From Euryarchaeota archaeon UBA602 (GTDB taxonomy: Archaea > Thermoplasmatota > Poseidoniia > Poseidoniales > Thalassarchaeaceae), in assembly GCA_002498455.1 (NCBI GenBank), contig DAHO01000045.1, positions 7,777 through 67,828 on the forward strand: a stretch of DNA of 60,052 nucleotides. Reading direction: 5' to 3'. Below the pieces are notes generated by a model. That model worked only from the letters and a program-made list of their open reading frames with translations. It had not been told where the DNA came from and made no database searches. Of this stretch, positions 1 to 8,932 are shown one piece after another (the stretch's first letter is position 1; each line of letters begins with the position of its first letter). The position numbers and the translations under genes were made by a program.

Positions 1-1358
1 AACTCAGCGAGCCAACTGGTGCCCTTCCCTGCCTTGGTTCGAAGATCGTCCAATTGTTCGTCATAGCCCTCTCGGAACAAACCACCATCCCGAATTAATG
101 CGGGCTGCTCAGGACGCAAAGCATCCTGTATAACCTCCTTCAATGATTCGAGTTCGCTTAATCCCGTTGCGCAATCGTTCAACAGAACATCATCTGATTC
201 CTGAAGCAGTGCTTGCAATGTCGGCATTCGTGAAAGACAATCGCAAATTGCCAACAAATCTCGACCATTTGCACGGTTGTAAGCCAATCGAGTCGAAAGG
301 CGTTCTAAATCTCGCATCGCTTTGAGACTCACACGAATTTCTCGCAATCGTCGATTTGCATTGACCAAACTTCCGACTGCAGCGTGGCGCATCTCAATTT
401 CGGAGGCATCCAATAACGGCCTGAGAAGCCATTCCTTGAGGAGACGCCGCCCCATCCAAGTTTGTGTTGCATCGATGGCCTGAAGCAAACTACCGACCTT
501 TTCTCCGGACAACGTTTGGACCAATTCGAGGTTGCGAAGAGTGGTTTGATCCAGAAGCATATGATTTGCATCGGCACCAAGATGGATTTCACGGAGTGGA
601 ACCGCGTCAACAAGATGGAGTTTGGACAAGTATGCTGTGGCCAATCCAGCAGCTTCCATGGCCAAGGGCCTAGAGTCTAAGTCAAGGCTTCCTAGGTCAC
701 TCATTTCAAGCACGTTCCTCAGGGCTTGAAGACGACCCTTGCTCGGCAAATCATGGATACTTAGTACAAGACCGTCAGTTTCTCGAAGAAGGCCAAGAAT
801 CGCCTCCTGCTTCGAATCCTTTCCACTCATGACCAATTCTCTTGGCCCCCAACGTAGCAATTCATCACGCAATCTTTCAAATCGGTCATTTCCTTCAAAC
901 TCAGTTGAAGATGCACGACCACTTGATGGATCCATGACCGCTATGCCGAGAGCATCGCCTTTGAGAACAACTGCTGAAAGTAGCGCACTACCGTCTTCAC
1001 CAATCAATTCTTCTTCGTAAAGAGAGCCTGGCGTATATACCCGAGTCACAACACGTCGGAGAATTTTCTCACCGGGTTGCAATTCATCAGCCTGTTCACA
1101 CAAAGTCACCTTGTACCCTGCCCGCAACATCCTCTGAAGATAACCCTCGACCGAATGCCAAGGAACGCCAGCCATCGGTACAGGATTGTCACTATTCTTG
1201 TCACGGCTGGTCAAGGTGATCCCCAAGACCTCTGAAGCGGCGACTGCGTCCTCATAGAACATCTCGTAGAAGTCACCCATTCGGAAAAACAGAACCGTAT
1301 CTGGATGCTCGGCCTTGATTTCCGCATACTGGTCCAGCATGCTCGGTCCCTTGGCCAT
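1..1358 (-). CDS. mutS: DNA mismatch repair protein MutS (bacterial MutS1 type), N-terminal ~450 aa; the rest lies beyond the window start
   Basis: Absent from the ORF track because no stop codon lies inside the window. My own translation of the minus strand from ATG 1358 (alternative ATG 1340) reads MAKGPSMLDQYAEIKAEHPDTVLFFRMGDFYEMFYEDAVAASEVLGITLTSR..PMAGVPWHSVEGYLQRMLRAGYKVTLCEQ.. and stays open to position 1. It carries the classic GDFYE mismatch-binding motif. Confidence 0.9.
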   Translation of the reverse strand, partial: MAKGPSMLDQYAEIKAEHPDTVLFFRMGDFYEMFYEDAVAASEVLGITLTSRDKNSDNPVPMAGVPWHSVEGYLQRMLRAGYKVTLCEQADELQPGEKILRRVVTRVYTPGSLYEEELIGEDGSALLSAVVLKGDALGIAVMDPSSGRASSTEFEGNDRFERLRDELLRWGPRELVMSGKDSKQEAILGLLRETDGLVLSIHDLPSKGRLQALRNVLEMSDLGSLDLDSRPLAMEAAGLATAYLSKLHLVDAVPLREIHLGADANHMLLDQTTLRNLELVQTLSGEKVGSLLQAIDATQTWMGRRLLKEWLLRPLLDASEIEMRHAAVGSLVNANRRLREIRVSLKAMRDLERLSTRLAYNRANGRDLLAICDCLSRMPTLQALLQESDDVLLNDCATGLSELESLKEVIQDALRPEQPALIRDGGLFREGYDEQLDDLRTKAGKGTSWLAE

Positions 1359-1441
1359 GGACTTGACCAACCTTTGAGGCGGCCTATGAATCACGCGGCT
1401 CGTTCACTACGTGAACGCCGATTCGCTTTGAGGAAATTACC

Positions 1442-2425
1442 ATGTCCCTCTGGAAAGGCCATCGATTCATGGGACGACAATGGTGGGACAATGCCCCCAC
1501 ACATGGCCTTCTCGTTCTAGTCGCAGCTATCTGGGGTCTTGGATGGGTTGCAGGGCGAGTTGTTGCACTGGAAATTGAGCCTGCTACAGCGGCTTGGTTA
1601 CGTTATTCCATTGCATGTATCTGTCTTTTTATGTACTTGTTCTATAGAAATGGGAGTAGAGAAAATACTGATTTGGCGACACGAATGCAATTGCCGGTGC
1701 GTGGAGATCTTCGTCGATTGTTACTGATTGCTTTTTTTTCGACCCTACTGTATCAATTGTTCTTCATGACCGGTATGGCGCGAACGGCAGCCGGTGATGC
1801 AAGCCTGATTGTCACTCTGAATCCCGTATTTACGGCCATTCTTGCAGTACCCATGCTGGGTCGCCGTATGACTCTGCGCCTCGCAGGAGGGCTTGCAATC
1901 GGAGCAACAGGAGTGGCAATCGTGACCGGTTGGTCTCCAAATGTAGACATTCCCACTGCAACACGCATTGTTGGAGACATCCTGATTATGTTTGCAGCTG
2001 CTTCATGGGCCACCTCAACCAACCTTGTGAAAGGTCTATTAGAGCAACAACAGAACCCTTCTCATCGAACACAGAATCCTCTTTCCATTATCGTTTGGTC
2101 CTCTTTCTTTGGTTGGCTTATGCTATCTCCATTCGTTGGTTGGGAACTGTGGTATTCGGGATGGACCACTCCCACAATCGAGATTTGGTTGTGGATTGTA
2201 TTCCTGGCGGTTTTTTCAACGGTCATCTCCTACGTCTGGTTCGCTCAAGGAATCGATCGAATCGGCCCAACCGCTTCATCCACGTACGTATTCTTGGTTC
2301 CCGTTTTCGGTATTATTTCAGGATGGGCCATCCTTGGCGAACGGTTGGGGTGGAGTCTCGCGATAGGGTTTGTTCTCATCCTCATCGGTGTTCGTATGGC
2401 ACAAATTGAATCCATTGAAAAATGA
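1442..2425 (+). CDS. EamA/DMT-family transporter (about 10 TM helices)
   Basis: 327-aa ORF built from two tandem hydrophobic halves, typical of drug/metabolite transporter (EamA) proteins. Divergent from mutS. Confidence 0.7.
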   Translation: MSLWKGHRFMGRQWWDNAPTHGLLVLVAAIWGLGWVAGRVVALEIEPATAAWLRYSIACICLFMYLFYRNGSRENTDLATRMQLPVRGDLRRLLLIAFFSTLLYQLFFMTGMARTAAGDASLIVTLNPVFTAILAVPMLGRRMTLRLAGGLAIGATGVAIVTGWSPNVDIPTATRIVGDILIMFAAASWATSTNLVKGLLEQQQNPSHRTQNPLSIIVWSSFFGWLMLSPFVGWELWYSGWTTPTIEIWLWIVFLAVFSTVISYVWFAQGIDRIGPTASSTYVFLVPVFGIISGWAILGERLGWSLAIGFVLILIGVRMAQIESIEK

Positions 2426-2428
2426 AAT

Positions 2429-3652
2429 CTATAGGACGTCATGCTTACGGAGTAAAGCATACCCACCAAATCCGAAAAAGGCGACAAAGGACATGACCAA
2501 AATCAGGTCAGCCAACAGTGACAAACTTCGAAGAAGAGAGCGCTGAGCCATCGGATCAATGGTCACACGAGTATCTCCCTCTTCGCTGAACATCACGACA
2601 TTGTCCCCGGCCATTGAGGCTGAGTGCAAATCACTGGGTGTTCCATCAGGCAGCTTAACCAGAGTTGGATTTTGATCACCAATCTCTAAGTTATAGAGTC
2701 CATTTTCACTCTTGAACCAAAGCATGTTCTGAGTGTCCATTGTGATTGTGCTAACTTCTATAGAACCGGCGATACGGTGCATATTTCGTCCCACTGTGCT
2801 GTCCGATGTGATTCCATAAATTGAATCTCCACCTCCGACAATAGCAATCAAACAATTCTGAATGCATCCTTCAAAGTGACCGTCCACCGGGATGATGGTG
2901 TGAAGCGGTGCCCCTGCACCCCTGTGAAGCATGGTCAAGATTGGAGGTCCAGTCGTATTTCGTTCCGCCTCAATTAGCACTTCAGAAGAGAGGCCCAAGA
3001 CCGGGTTACTCGTTTGATCATGACCGATGATAAGTGCGCCACCCGATACGGATTCGATTTCATCAAGGCTGATGTCATTGATTGGGTAGGTCGCGCCTTC
3101 GCTGACATTCAACCCACTCCACGAATACACAGTACGTGATGTGGCCATTTCGGCAATCAACCACCCACTGGCCAGTTGCCCATCGAGCGAGACGATGTCT
3201 GGAGCAGGACTTTGCCAATTTAGCGAGCGTGGAGCAATATCATTGTCCCCTGGAATCATGACGCCGAACCAACCATCTTCACCCCCCACAAGCCACAGGC
3301 TGCTTGAACCCCCAATTGCGGTAGCATTACAGTTGCATTGAATCTCACTCCAAGTTCCACCTTCATCTCTGAGCATCAGTGCCAACTCTTCTCCACTGTC
3401 TACCAAGGCTAGCGCATGATGTCCGTCTTCATCCCAGATCACATCGACAACCGGGCCTTCTAGGCCTGTTTCCATCGTCGAGACGCCGGGTAAAACCTGT
3501 GCCTGATTGACCCACCCGGCCCCAAGTAGAATGAAAATCGCGAGAGCACCCATCGCAACCCAAGGCCTCTCTCTTGGAGAGTCGACGAATGAAAACAGGC
3601 GCTCAACGACGTTTGTCACGGCACCTCTGTGACCTAGAGAGTTGAAGAACAT
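2429..3652 (-). CDS. Hypothetical exported protein with N-terminal and C-terminal hydrophobic anchors, possibly a beta-propeller-like ectodomain
   Basis: 407-aa ORF. It has an N-terminal TM/signal-like segment (WVAMGALAIFILLGAGWV) and a C-terminal TM plus basic tail (LILVMSFVAFFGFGGYALLRKHDVL). The middle part is Gly/Ser/Trp-rich and repetitive. I recognised no family motif. Confidence 0.5.
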   Translation of the reverse strand: MFFNSLGHRGAVTNVVERLFSFVDSPRERPWVAMGALAIFILLGAGWVNQAQVLPGVSTMETGLEGPVVDVIWDEDGHHALALVDSGEELALMLRDEGGTWSEIQCNCNATAIGGSSSLWLVGGEDGWFGVMIPGDNDIAPRSLNWQSPAPDIVSLDGQLASGWLIAEMATSRTVYSWSGLNVSEGATYPINDISLDEIESVSGGALIIGHDQTSNPVLGLSSEVLIEAERNTTGPPILTMLHRGAGAPLHTIIPVDGHFEGCIQNCLIAIVGGGDSIYGITSDSTVGRNMHRIAGSIEVSTITMDTQNMLWFKSENGLYNLEIGDQNPTLVKLPDGTPSDLHSASMAGDNVVMFSEEGDTRVTIDPMAQRSLLRSLSLLADLILVMSFVAFFGFGGYALLRKHDVL

Positions 3653-3740
3653 GTCCTCTATCCAGTGTGATTTGCCACCGTAGGTGGCTGGATGGATTCA
3701 TATACGGGTTGTCGGTGGCCGTGCCCCGAGGGAGTCAATT

Positions 3741-4280
3741 ATGGCACGTAAACCCGCAAAGATGTATCGCCGACTAAAGGGTCAAGCCTACACTCGACGA
3801 AAGTACACCGGTGGTGTGCCAAACAATCGTATCATGCGATTCCACATGGGAAATCGAAAAGCCGCTGAAGCGGATGAATTTCCTGTCATCCTAAACATGA
3901 CTGTAGACGAAAGCTGCCAAGTACGCCATACCGCACTTGAGGCAGCACGTGTGATTTCCAATGCGACCATTCGAGCTGCTGCAGGCCAAGATGGTTATGC
4001 ACTCCGAGTTCACGTCTACCCGCACCACATCCTTCGTGAAAACAAGCAAGCGACCGGGGCCGGTGCAGATCGTGTATCCCAAGGAATGCGCTGTGCATTC
4101 GGCAAGAACGTTGGAACTGCTGCTCGCTGCAAGCGTGGTACGACCGTCATTTCAATCTCAACATTACCCAAGAACTTCATGGCTGCCAAAGATGCACTTC
4201 GTAAGGCCAGCATGAAAATCCCCAGTCCCTGTACAACCAAGGTTGTCAAAGGACACGAACATCTCAAGGGACTCGTCTGA
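3741..4280 (+). CDS. rpl10e: 50S ribosomal protein L10e (uL16)
   Basis: From the internal ATG at 3741 the ORF reads MARKPAKMYRRLKGQAYTRRKYTGGVPNNRI..., the canonical L10e N-terminus. The 19-aa upstream extension in ORF 3684 is unlikely to be translated. Confidence 0.9.
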   Translation: MARKPAKMYRRLKGQAYTRRKYTGGVPNNRIMRFHMGNRKAAEADEFPVILNMTVDESCQVRHTALEAARVISNATIRAAAGQDGYALRVHVYPHHILRENKQATGAGADRVSQGMRCAFGKNVGTAARCKRGTTVISISTLPKNFMAAKDALRKASMKIPSPCTTKVVKGHEHLKGLV

Positions 4281-4292
4281 TTTCTCTTAGGT

Positions 4293-4339
4293 GGTGTAGG
4301 CAACTACACCTAGTTTCACCTAGGTAATCGGCTTTTTTT
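4293..4339 (+). terminator. Hairpin plus T7 run downstream of rpl10e
   Basis: GGTGTAG-gcaa-CTACACC stem-loop at 4293-4310, followed by TTTTTTT at 4333-4339. Oligo-T tracts act as archaeal terminators. Confidence 0.35.
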
Positions 4340-4447
4340 AGAAACCCGCCAAATTAGCGTTTTTTGCGGCATGTAAGTAGAACCTTTCATAAGTAGTTTG
4401 AGCGGCTTACCTTAATAATCGCATGGGATGCGAGAAGGAAAAGGTGA

Positions 4448-5137
4448 ATGAAAATGGAACTAAATGTAAAGAAAATGATGACCGAGATGGGCGGTGCTTT
4501 TGCTGTCACTTGGCTTATTTTTGGTGTTACACTGAAGGCTGACGGCCTTCCTGGTGACAGCACTGGAATGGGTCTTGCTGGTATTATGGGCGTTGTCGGT
4601 TTGACTGTGATCTGGATGGCGTTCAAGGGCGCAGACATCCTACCACAGGTTACATGGATGAAGCAGATGTCGAGCACAGACAACTTGTCCGACACAGATG
4701 CTTGGATGAACACAGGCATCACACTGGCAATGCAAATTGTCGGTGGTATTGTGGCTTACGTCCTGCTTAGCCAGATGCACGACAGCATCTTTGGCTATGC
4801 AGATGCGGCAGCCCTACACTCGGCTATGGGAACTGACTTCTGGGGCACAACTGCTTGGGAATTCAATATGGGCGCAACTCTTGGTTTGATTGCTGCTGGT
4901 GCAGTACTAGGTCAAGTCATGGCTGTTGACAGTCGCTGGGCAATGCCTGTTGCAATCGTCTTGATGACAAGCATCGTTAACTTCGAGTCTGCAACTCAGA
5001 TGGCTTCAGTTCTCATGAACGAAGCTGGTGACACCGTAAACGTGGCACTACCATGGTTGTTGGATGGTGTGTTCCTTGGTGCTGGTACCCTATTGGGTAA
5101 CATCATCAACGAGAACATCCCTGGCGAAGAAGAGTAA
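4448..5137 (+). CDS. Six-TM membrane protein, divergent aquaporin/MIP-like with non-canonical NPA positions
   Basis: 229-aa ORF. By eye it aligns to MIP channels: GADILPQVT against G(A/C)H(L/I)NPAVT, AVDSRW against AVDxR, and VNFESAT against LNPARS. Six hydrophobic segments form two similar halves. Confidence 0.5.
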   Translation: MKMELNVKKMMTEMGGAFAVTWLIFGVTLKADGLPGDSTGMGLAGIMGVVGLTVIWMAFKGADILPQVTWMKQMSSTDNLSDTDAWMNTGITLAMQIVGGIVAYVLLSQMHDSIFGYADAAALHSAMGTDFWGTTAWEFNMGATLGLIAAGAVLGQVMAVDSRWAMPVAIVLMTSIVNFESATQMASVLMNEAGDTVNVALPWLLDGVFLGAGTLLGNIINENIPGEEE

Positions 5138-5183
5138 GTAAAACCACTCTGAAAAGCAAACACAAGATAACACACATGTCCCT

Positions 5184-5221
5184 CAAGGGCGCTTTGGCGC
5201 CCTTGGGGGGCTTTTTTTTTG
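5184..5221 (+). terminator. Stem-loop plus T9 run downstream of the MIP-like gene
   Basis: CAAGGGCGC-tttg-GCGCCCTTG (5184-5205) followed by GGGGGC and TTTTTTTTT (5212-5220). It lies inside the 5' extension of ORF 5176, which argues for the later start at 5263. Confidence 0.5.
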
Positions 5222-5262
5222 GTCTGCAAATTGTTCAAAACCGAGGGACGTTTCGCCCAATC

Positions 5263-5853
5263 ATGGTAGAGGAGACAACGACGCTGGACTTGCGCGTTGA
5301 ATTGCTCAAAGAAAGTGTGGCAAACGCCCCCGTCGTATGGAAGGAAGGTTATCCTTACTTTGTCCACCCACTCTCAGATGGCGTTCCTAGACAATCTGCT
5401 GAATTGCTCGCTGCAGCCCGTGATTTGATCTCAGAGAATGTGGATTGGGATTGCATTGACATTATCTTGGGCATTGAAGCCATGGGGATTCCTTTGGCAG
5501 CTGCTCTATGCTTGTCAAGTGGTAAACCGCTTGTTGTTGGACGTAAGCGTGCGTATGGGCTCCCTGGAGAAGTTGCGATTGACCAATCCACAGGATACTC
5601 AAAGGGTCAAATCTTCCTCAATGATATCGCACCTGGTACTCGAGTCTTGATCGTCGATGATGTGGTCAGTACTGGTGGAACACTTCACCCAATTCTCAAG
5701 GCCATTGATTCCAACGGTGCGATTGTTCAGGATTGCTGGATTGTATTCGAAAAGGGAGATGGGATGAACAAAATCCGATCTGAGGGAGAATGGCCGATGA
5801 ATAGTTTGGTCAGGATTGAGATGATTGATGGCGAAATCACAATACTGGATTGA
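5263..5853 (+). CDS. hpt: Archaeal-type purine (hypoxanthine/guanine) phosphoribosyltransferase
   Basis: PRPP-binding motif VLIVDDVVSTGGTL. The pattern APVVWKEGYPYFVHPLSDGVP..GIEAMGIPLAAAL..GRKRAYGLPGEV..STGYSKG matches archaeal Hpt/GfPRT proteins such as M. jannaschii Hpt. Confidence 0.8.
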   Translation: MVEETTTLDLRVELLKESVANAPVVWKEGYPYFVHPLSDGVPRQSAELLAAARDLISENVDWDCIDIILGIEAMGIPLAAALCLSSGKPLVVGRKRAYGLPGEVAIDQSTGYSKGQIFLNDIAPGTRVLIVDDVVSTGGTLHPILKAIDSNGAIVQDCWIVFEKGDGMNKIRSEGEWPMNSLVRIEMIDGEITILD

Positions 5854-5953
5854 TTGTGGTTTTGTTTGTTTTCCTCAAAGGATGGATTCATCAAGGAGAG
5901 TATGGACGGAGTTTTGAAGCGGACTCTAGGCATGAGATTGTAAACTCCAAAAG

Positions 5954-7069
5954 GTGATTGAAATGGATTTGGGCAGGCACGACTTTCAACTTGCAGACTT
6001 AGTTGAAAGAATCAAAGCCAATGATCTCAAATTGGTCGCCCTTCAAGTCCCTGAAGGCCTGAAGATGCAGGCCCTAGAAATGATGGATGAAATTGAAACC
6101 GAAACTTCAGCGCAGGTCGTTCTTTCGGCCGATCCTTGCTACGGTGCCTGTGACTTGGTTCACGATAAGATGCAGAACATTGGAGTGGAATTGGTTGCAC
6201 ACATGGGTCATTCTCAGATGAACATTGATTCTGGAATGCCAACCCAATTCATCCCCGTTACGTATGATGGTAACCCTGAGATTCAACCGGTCCTCCCCTA
6301 CCTGCATGCACACAGAGAAATAGCGATTAGTCGACTCAATGATTCATCTGGTCCTGTCCTATCTGAATTAGAAGCACTGGATCGGTTTGAAGACATGGTC
6401 GGCCGAGTTGCCCCCTTAACCGATACAAAACTTGGTTTGGTGGGGAGCATACAACATTTACACCTTCTACCGACTTTCAAGGAACACTTTGAGAATGCTG
6501 GATTCGATGTCACCATACCCGTGGGTGGCGCGCGGTTATCGTTCCCCGGTCAAGTTCTAGGATGTAACTATTCAGGAGATGACCCGACGGTTGGACATTA
6601 CGTATTCTTGGGCAGTGGTGATTTCCATCCAATTGGATTGGTCTTGCATACTGGAAAACCCCTAGCAATGTTGGATCCTTACTCAGGTGATGCCAAAGAA
6701 ATGGGAAGAGAAAGGATTGAGAGAATCCTAAGGCAACGTTCAGGATTAATCATGTCTTCAATGGACAAAGAGAGATTCGGAATACTGATTGGTGCCAAGC
6801 CAGGCCAAATGAGGAGGAATTTGGCACTGAGGCTGAAGCGAAAATTGGAGAAGCATGGAAAGAAAGGTTTCCTGCTATCAATGGAACATGTAGGGCCTGA
6901 ATTGATTGATTTCTACCCGGTTGATGTGTTTGTCAATACCGCTTGTCCACGAATCGCCATCGATGACGCTGTCAAGTATGCCAAACCAATGATTACTCCC
7001 TACGAACTTGAAGTTGCATTGGGTGAAAAGAAATGGGAAAATGGGTACAAATTTGACCAAATTCATTGA
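5954..7069 (+). CDS. dph2: Diphthamide biosynthesis protein Dph2 (2-(3-amino-3-carboxypropyl)histidine synthase)
   Basis: LVALQVPEGLK...DPCYGACD...NTACPRIAIDD are conserved Dph1/Dph2 radical-SAM-like Cys motifs. Length 371 aa. Confidence 0.85.
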   Translation: MIEMDLGRHDFQLADLVERIKANDLKLVALQVPEGLKMQALEMMDEIETETSAQVVLSADPCYGACDLVHDKMQNIGVELVAHMGHSQMNIDSGMPTQFIPVTYDGNPEIQPVLPYLHAHREIAISRLNDSSGPVLSELEALDRFEDMVGRVAPLTDTKLGLVGSIQHLHLLPTFKEHFENAGFDVTIPVGGARLSFPGQVLGCNYSGDDPTVGHYVFLGSGDFHPIGLVLHTGKPLAMLDPYSGDAKEMGRERIERILRQRSGLIMSSMDKERFGILIGAKPGQMRRNLALRLKRKLEKHGKKGFLLSMEHVGPELIDFYPVDVFVNTACPRIAIDDAVKYAKPMITPYELEVALGEKKWENGYKFDQIH

Positions 7070-7160
7070 CATCCCGTAGGGGGATAACCCTGCGCCATCG
7101 GAGACATTCGTGTGCGTGGCATTCCATATCTTCAAGAACAGCCAACAGTGGGAGCCATCG

Positions 7161-8333
7161 ATGGCTGAATACCTGAATCGGATTGGCGCGGGCCTCATCT
7201 TGCTTGATGCAGCGCCCCTTTCCTATGACTGGGTGCCTCCAAAAGTCGTCGGTCGAGAGAGTGATCAGGAGCAATTGGCAGGGATGTTCGCATCCATTGG
7301 AACACCGGGAATGTCTTGTCGTGCTGTAATCACCGGCAATGTTGGCAGTGGAAAAACCGTCCTCAGTCGCTCGTTTGCTGATGATTTAGCACGACACCTC
7401 TCCACTGTGAGGTTCATTCAACCCGTTCATGTCAATTGTCGAAACCATCCCACAACATCCCAAGTCCTACAGCGGATTGCAACCTCATTGGATGAACGCC
7501 ATCCTGAGCGTGGATTCTCGGCATCTGAAGTCATCCAAGGGATTCGGAGGAACCTGAGAACACGCAATCAACACATGTTACTGATCCTCGATGAAGTCGA
7601 CCACTTACTTCGAAAAGACGGAGGTGACCTTCTCTACCAACTGCTCAGAATCGATGAAGGGCGGAATGAGGCGGGGACCCTTTCCCTCATTCTCGTGAGC
7701 CAAGAGCAAGTCTTGGATCAGCTTGAGGGTGCCATCATATCCCGCTTTGGACGATCGAATCATCTGAGGCTGAAACCCTACACGGATGAACAACTCAAGG
7801 CAATCGCGTCTCAACGCGCTTCCCTCTCAACGCGTACCGGTACAGTAAGTGAGGAAATCCTCACATTGATTGGGCAAGCGTCTGCAGATACTGGCGATGC
7901 TCGAGTTGCAATCGAATTGCTTGAAGCCGCAGTAATGCGTGCTGAGAAAGGAGGATTTCAGCAAGTCGAACCGATGCACGTGCAGAGAGATGCAGCCTCC
8001 AGAGGTAGAGCTGTAGAACCCAGTGTGGTGGATGAACTTAGCCAACATGAGCAATTGATCTTGTTGGCCATTTGTCGTCGACTTCGCCGAGATCCTGAAG
8101 TGACCTCGGGAGATGCAGAGAAATTGTACCATGTCGTCTGTGAGGAGTACGAACTCAAGCCCAGAGGATACACGACCTTCTGGAAGCATCTCAAGTCATT
8201 GGAGACTCGTGGATTGATGGAGTCGCGTACTGCAACCGCCAGCGTGGGGCGCGGAAGAACGCAACATATCACGATGCCACAAAGCCTTCCCGGACAGTTA
8301 GAAGCACGTCTTGAGCATGCTTTAGAGTCGTAA
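7161..8333 (+). CDS. orc1: Orc1/Cdc6 replication initiation protein
   Basis: Walker A GNVGSGKTV, Walker B LLILDEVDHL, sensor/lid GDARVAIELLEAA, and a C-terminal winged helix. The ATG at 7161 is preferred over the GTG at 7110. Confidence 0.85.
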   Translation: MAEYLNRIGAGLILLDAAPLSYDWVPPKVVGRESDQEQLAGMFASIGTPGMSCRAVITGNVGSGKTVLSRSFADDLARHLSTVRFIQPVHVNCRNHPTTSQVLQRIATSLDERHPERGFSASEVIQGIRRNLRTRNQHMLLILDEVDHLLRKDGGDLLYQLLRIDEGRNEAGTLSLILVSQEQVLDQLEGAIISRFGRSNHLRLKPYTDEQLKAIASQRASLSTRTGTVSEEILTLIGQASADTGDARVAIELLEAAVMRAEKGGFQQVEPMHVQRDAASRGRAVEPSVVDELSQHEQLILLAICRRLRRDPEVTSGDAEKLYHVVCEEYELKPRGYTTFWKHLKSLETRGLMESRTATASVGRGRTQHITMPQSLPGQLEARLEHALES

Positions 8334-8424
8334 TTTTGCTAGATATCGACTTATCACCTACGGTGGAATGGGCCGAACCGCTCTTATAGGGGGCGACTGT
8401 CGCCGAGGCGCACGAGGTTTGAGC

Positions 8425-8913
8425 ATGGCTGAACAAGTATTCAAAGCGGTCGTCAATGATACCGACCCCTCCAGTGGCGGAAAGTCGTATGCGGTCGACA
8501 TTAGCGGTTCGAACTACAACCACTTTCTAGGAAAGAAAATCGGCGATTCCGTCGACGGAATCTTCGTTGGTGATGGCGAAGTCACACTCGGTGGATTCAA
8601 ACTAGAAATCACCGGAGGCTCAGACCTGACAGGAACACCCATGCGAGCCGACCTTGACGGTGGTGGGCGCAAGAAGATCCTCGTCTCACCTTCGACCGGT
8701 TTCAAGGGTCACAAAATTGTGAAGAAGAAGGGTGGTCGCTACCGCTACACCTACGATGGTCTACGAAAGCGACGTGCTTTCCGTGGGAACGTCATCTCCT
8801 CAGACACACGCCAAATCAACCTCAAGATTGTCGAGAGTGGTAACAAATCACTTGCAGACATATTCTCCTCCGGCAGCGATGGCGATGCTGGAGAGGGTGA
8901 CGGGGCGGAGTGA
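8425..8913 (+). CDS. rps6e: 30S ribosomal protein S6e
   Basis: From ATG 8425 the ORF reads MAEQVFKAVVNDT..GKKIGDSVDG..LEITGGSDLTGTPMRADLDGGGRKKILVS, the S6e signature. It has an acidic C-terminal tail. Confidence 0.85.
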   Translation: MAEQVFKAVVNDTDPSSGGKSYAVDISGSNYNHFLGKKIGDSVDGIFVGDGEVTLGGFKLEITGGSDLTGTPMRADLDGGGRKKILVSPSTGFKGHKIVKKKGGRYRYTYDGLRKRRAFRGNVISSDTRQINLKIVESGNKSLADIFSSGSDGDAGEGDGAE

Positions 8914-8932
8914 ATAGGAGCTGTGACACCCG

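Noticed and set aside
1930-2409. 159-aa plus-strand ORF in an alternative frame of the EamA gene
   Set aside because: It is a same-strand out-of-frame overlap with a well-supported 10-TM transporter ORF. Its Cys/Arg/His-rich composition is not protein-like.
3684-3740. 19-codon 5' extension of the L10e ORF
   Set aside because: Canonical L10e begins at MARKPAKMY (ATG 3741). The extension has no homologous counterpart.
5176-5262. 29-codon 5' extension of the phosphoribosyltransferase ORF
   Set aside because: The extension spans the stem-loop and T9 terminator of the upstream gene. Homologues start near MVEETTT.. (ATG 5263).
7070-7160. Possible replication origin next to orc1/cdc6 (also the 3' flank at 8334-8424)
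   Set aside because: Both flanks are short (about 90 bp), not AT-rich, and contain no repeated ORB-like elements that I can see.
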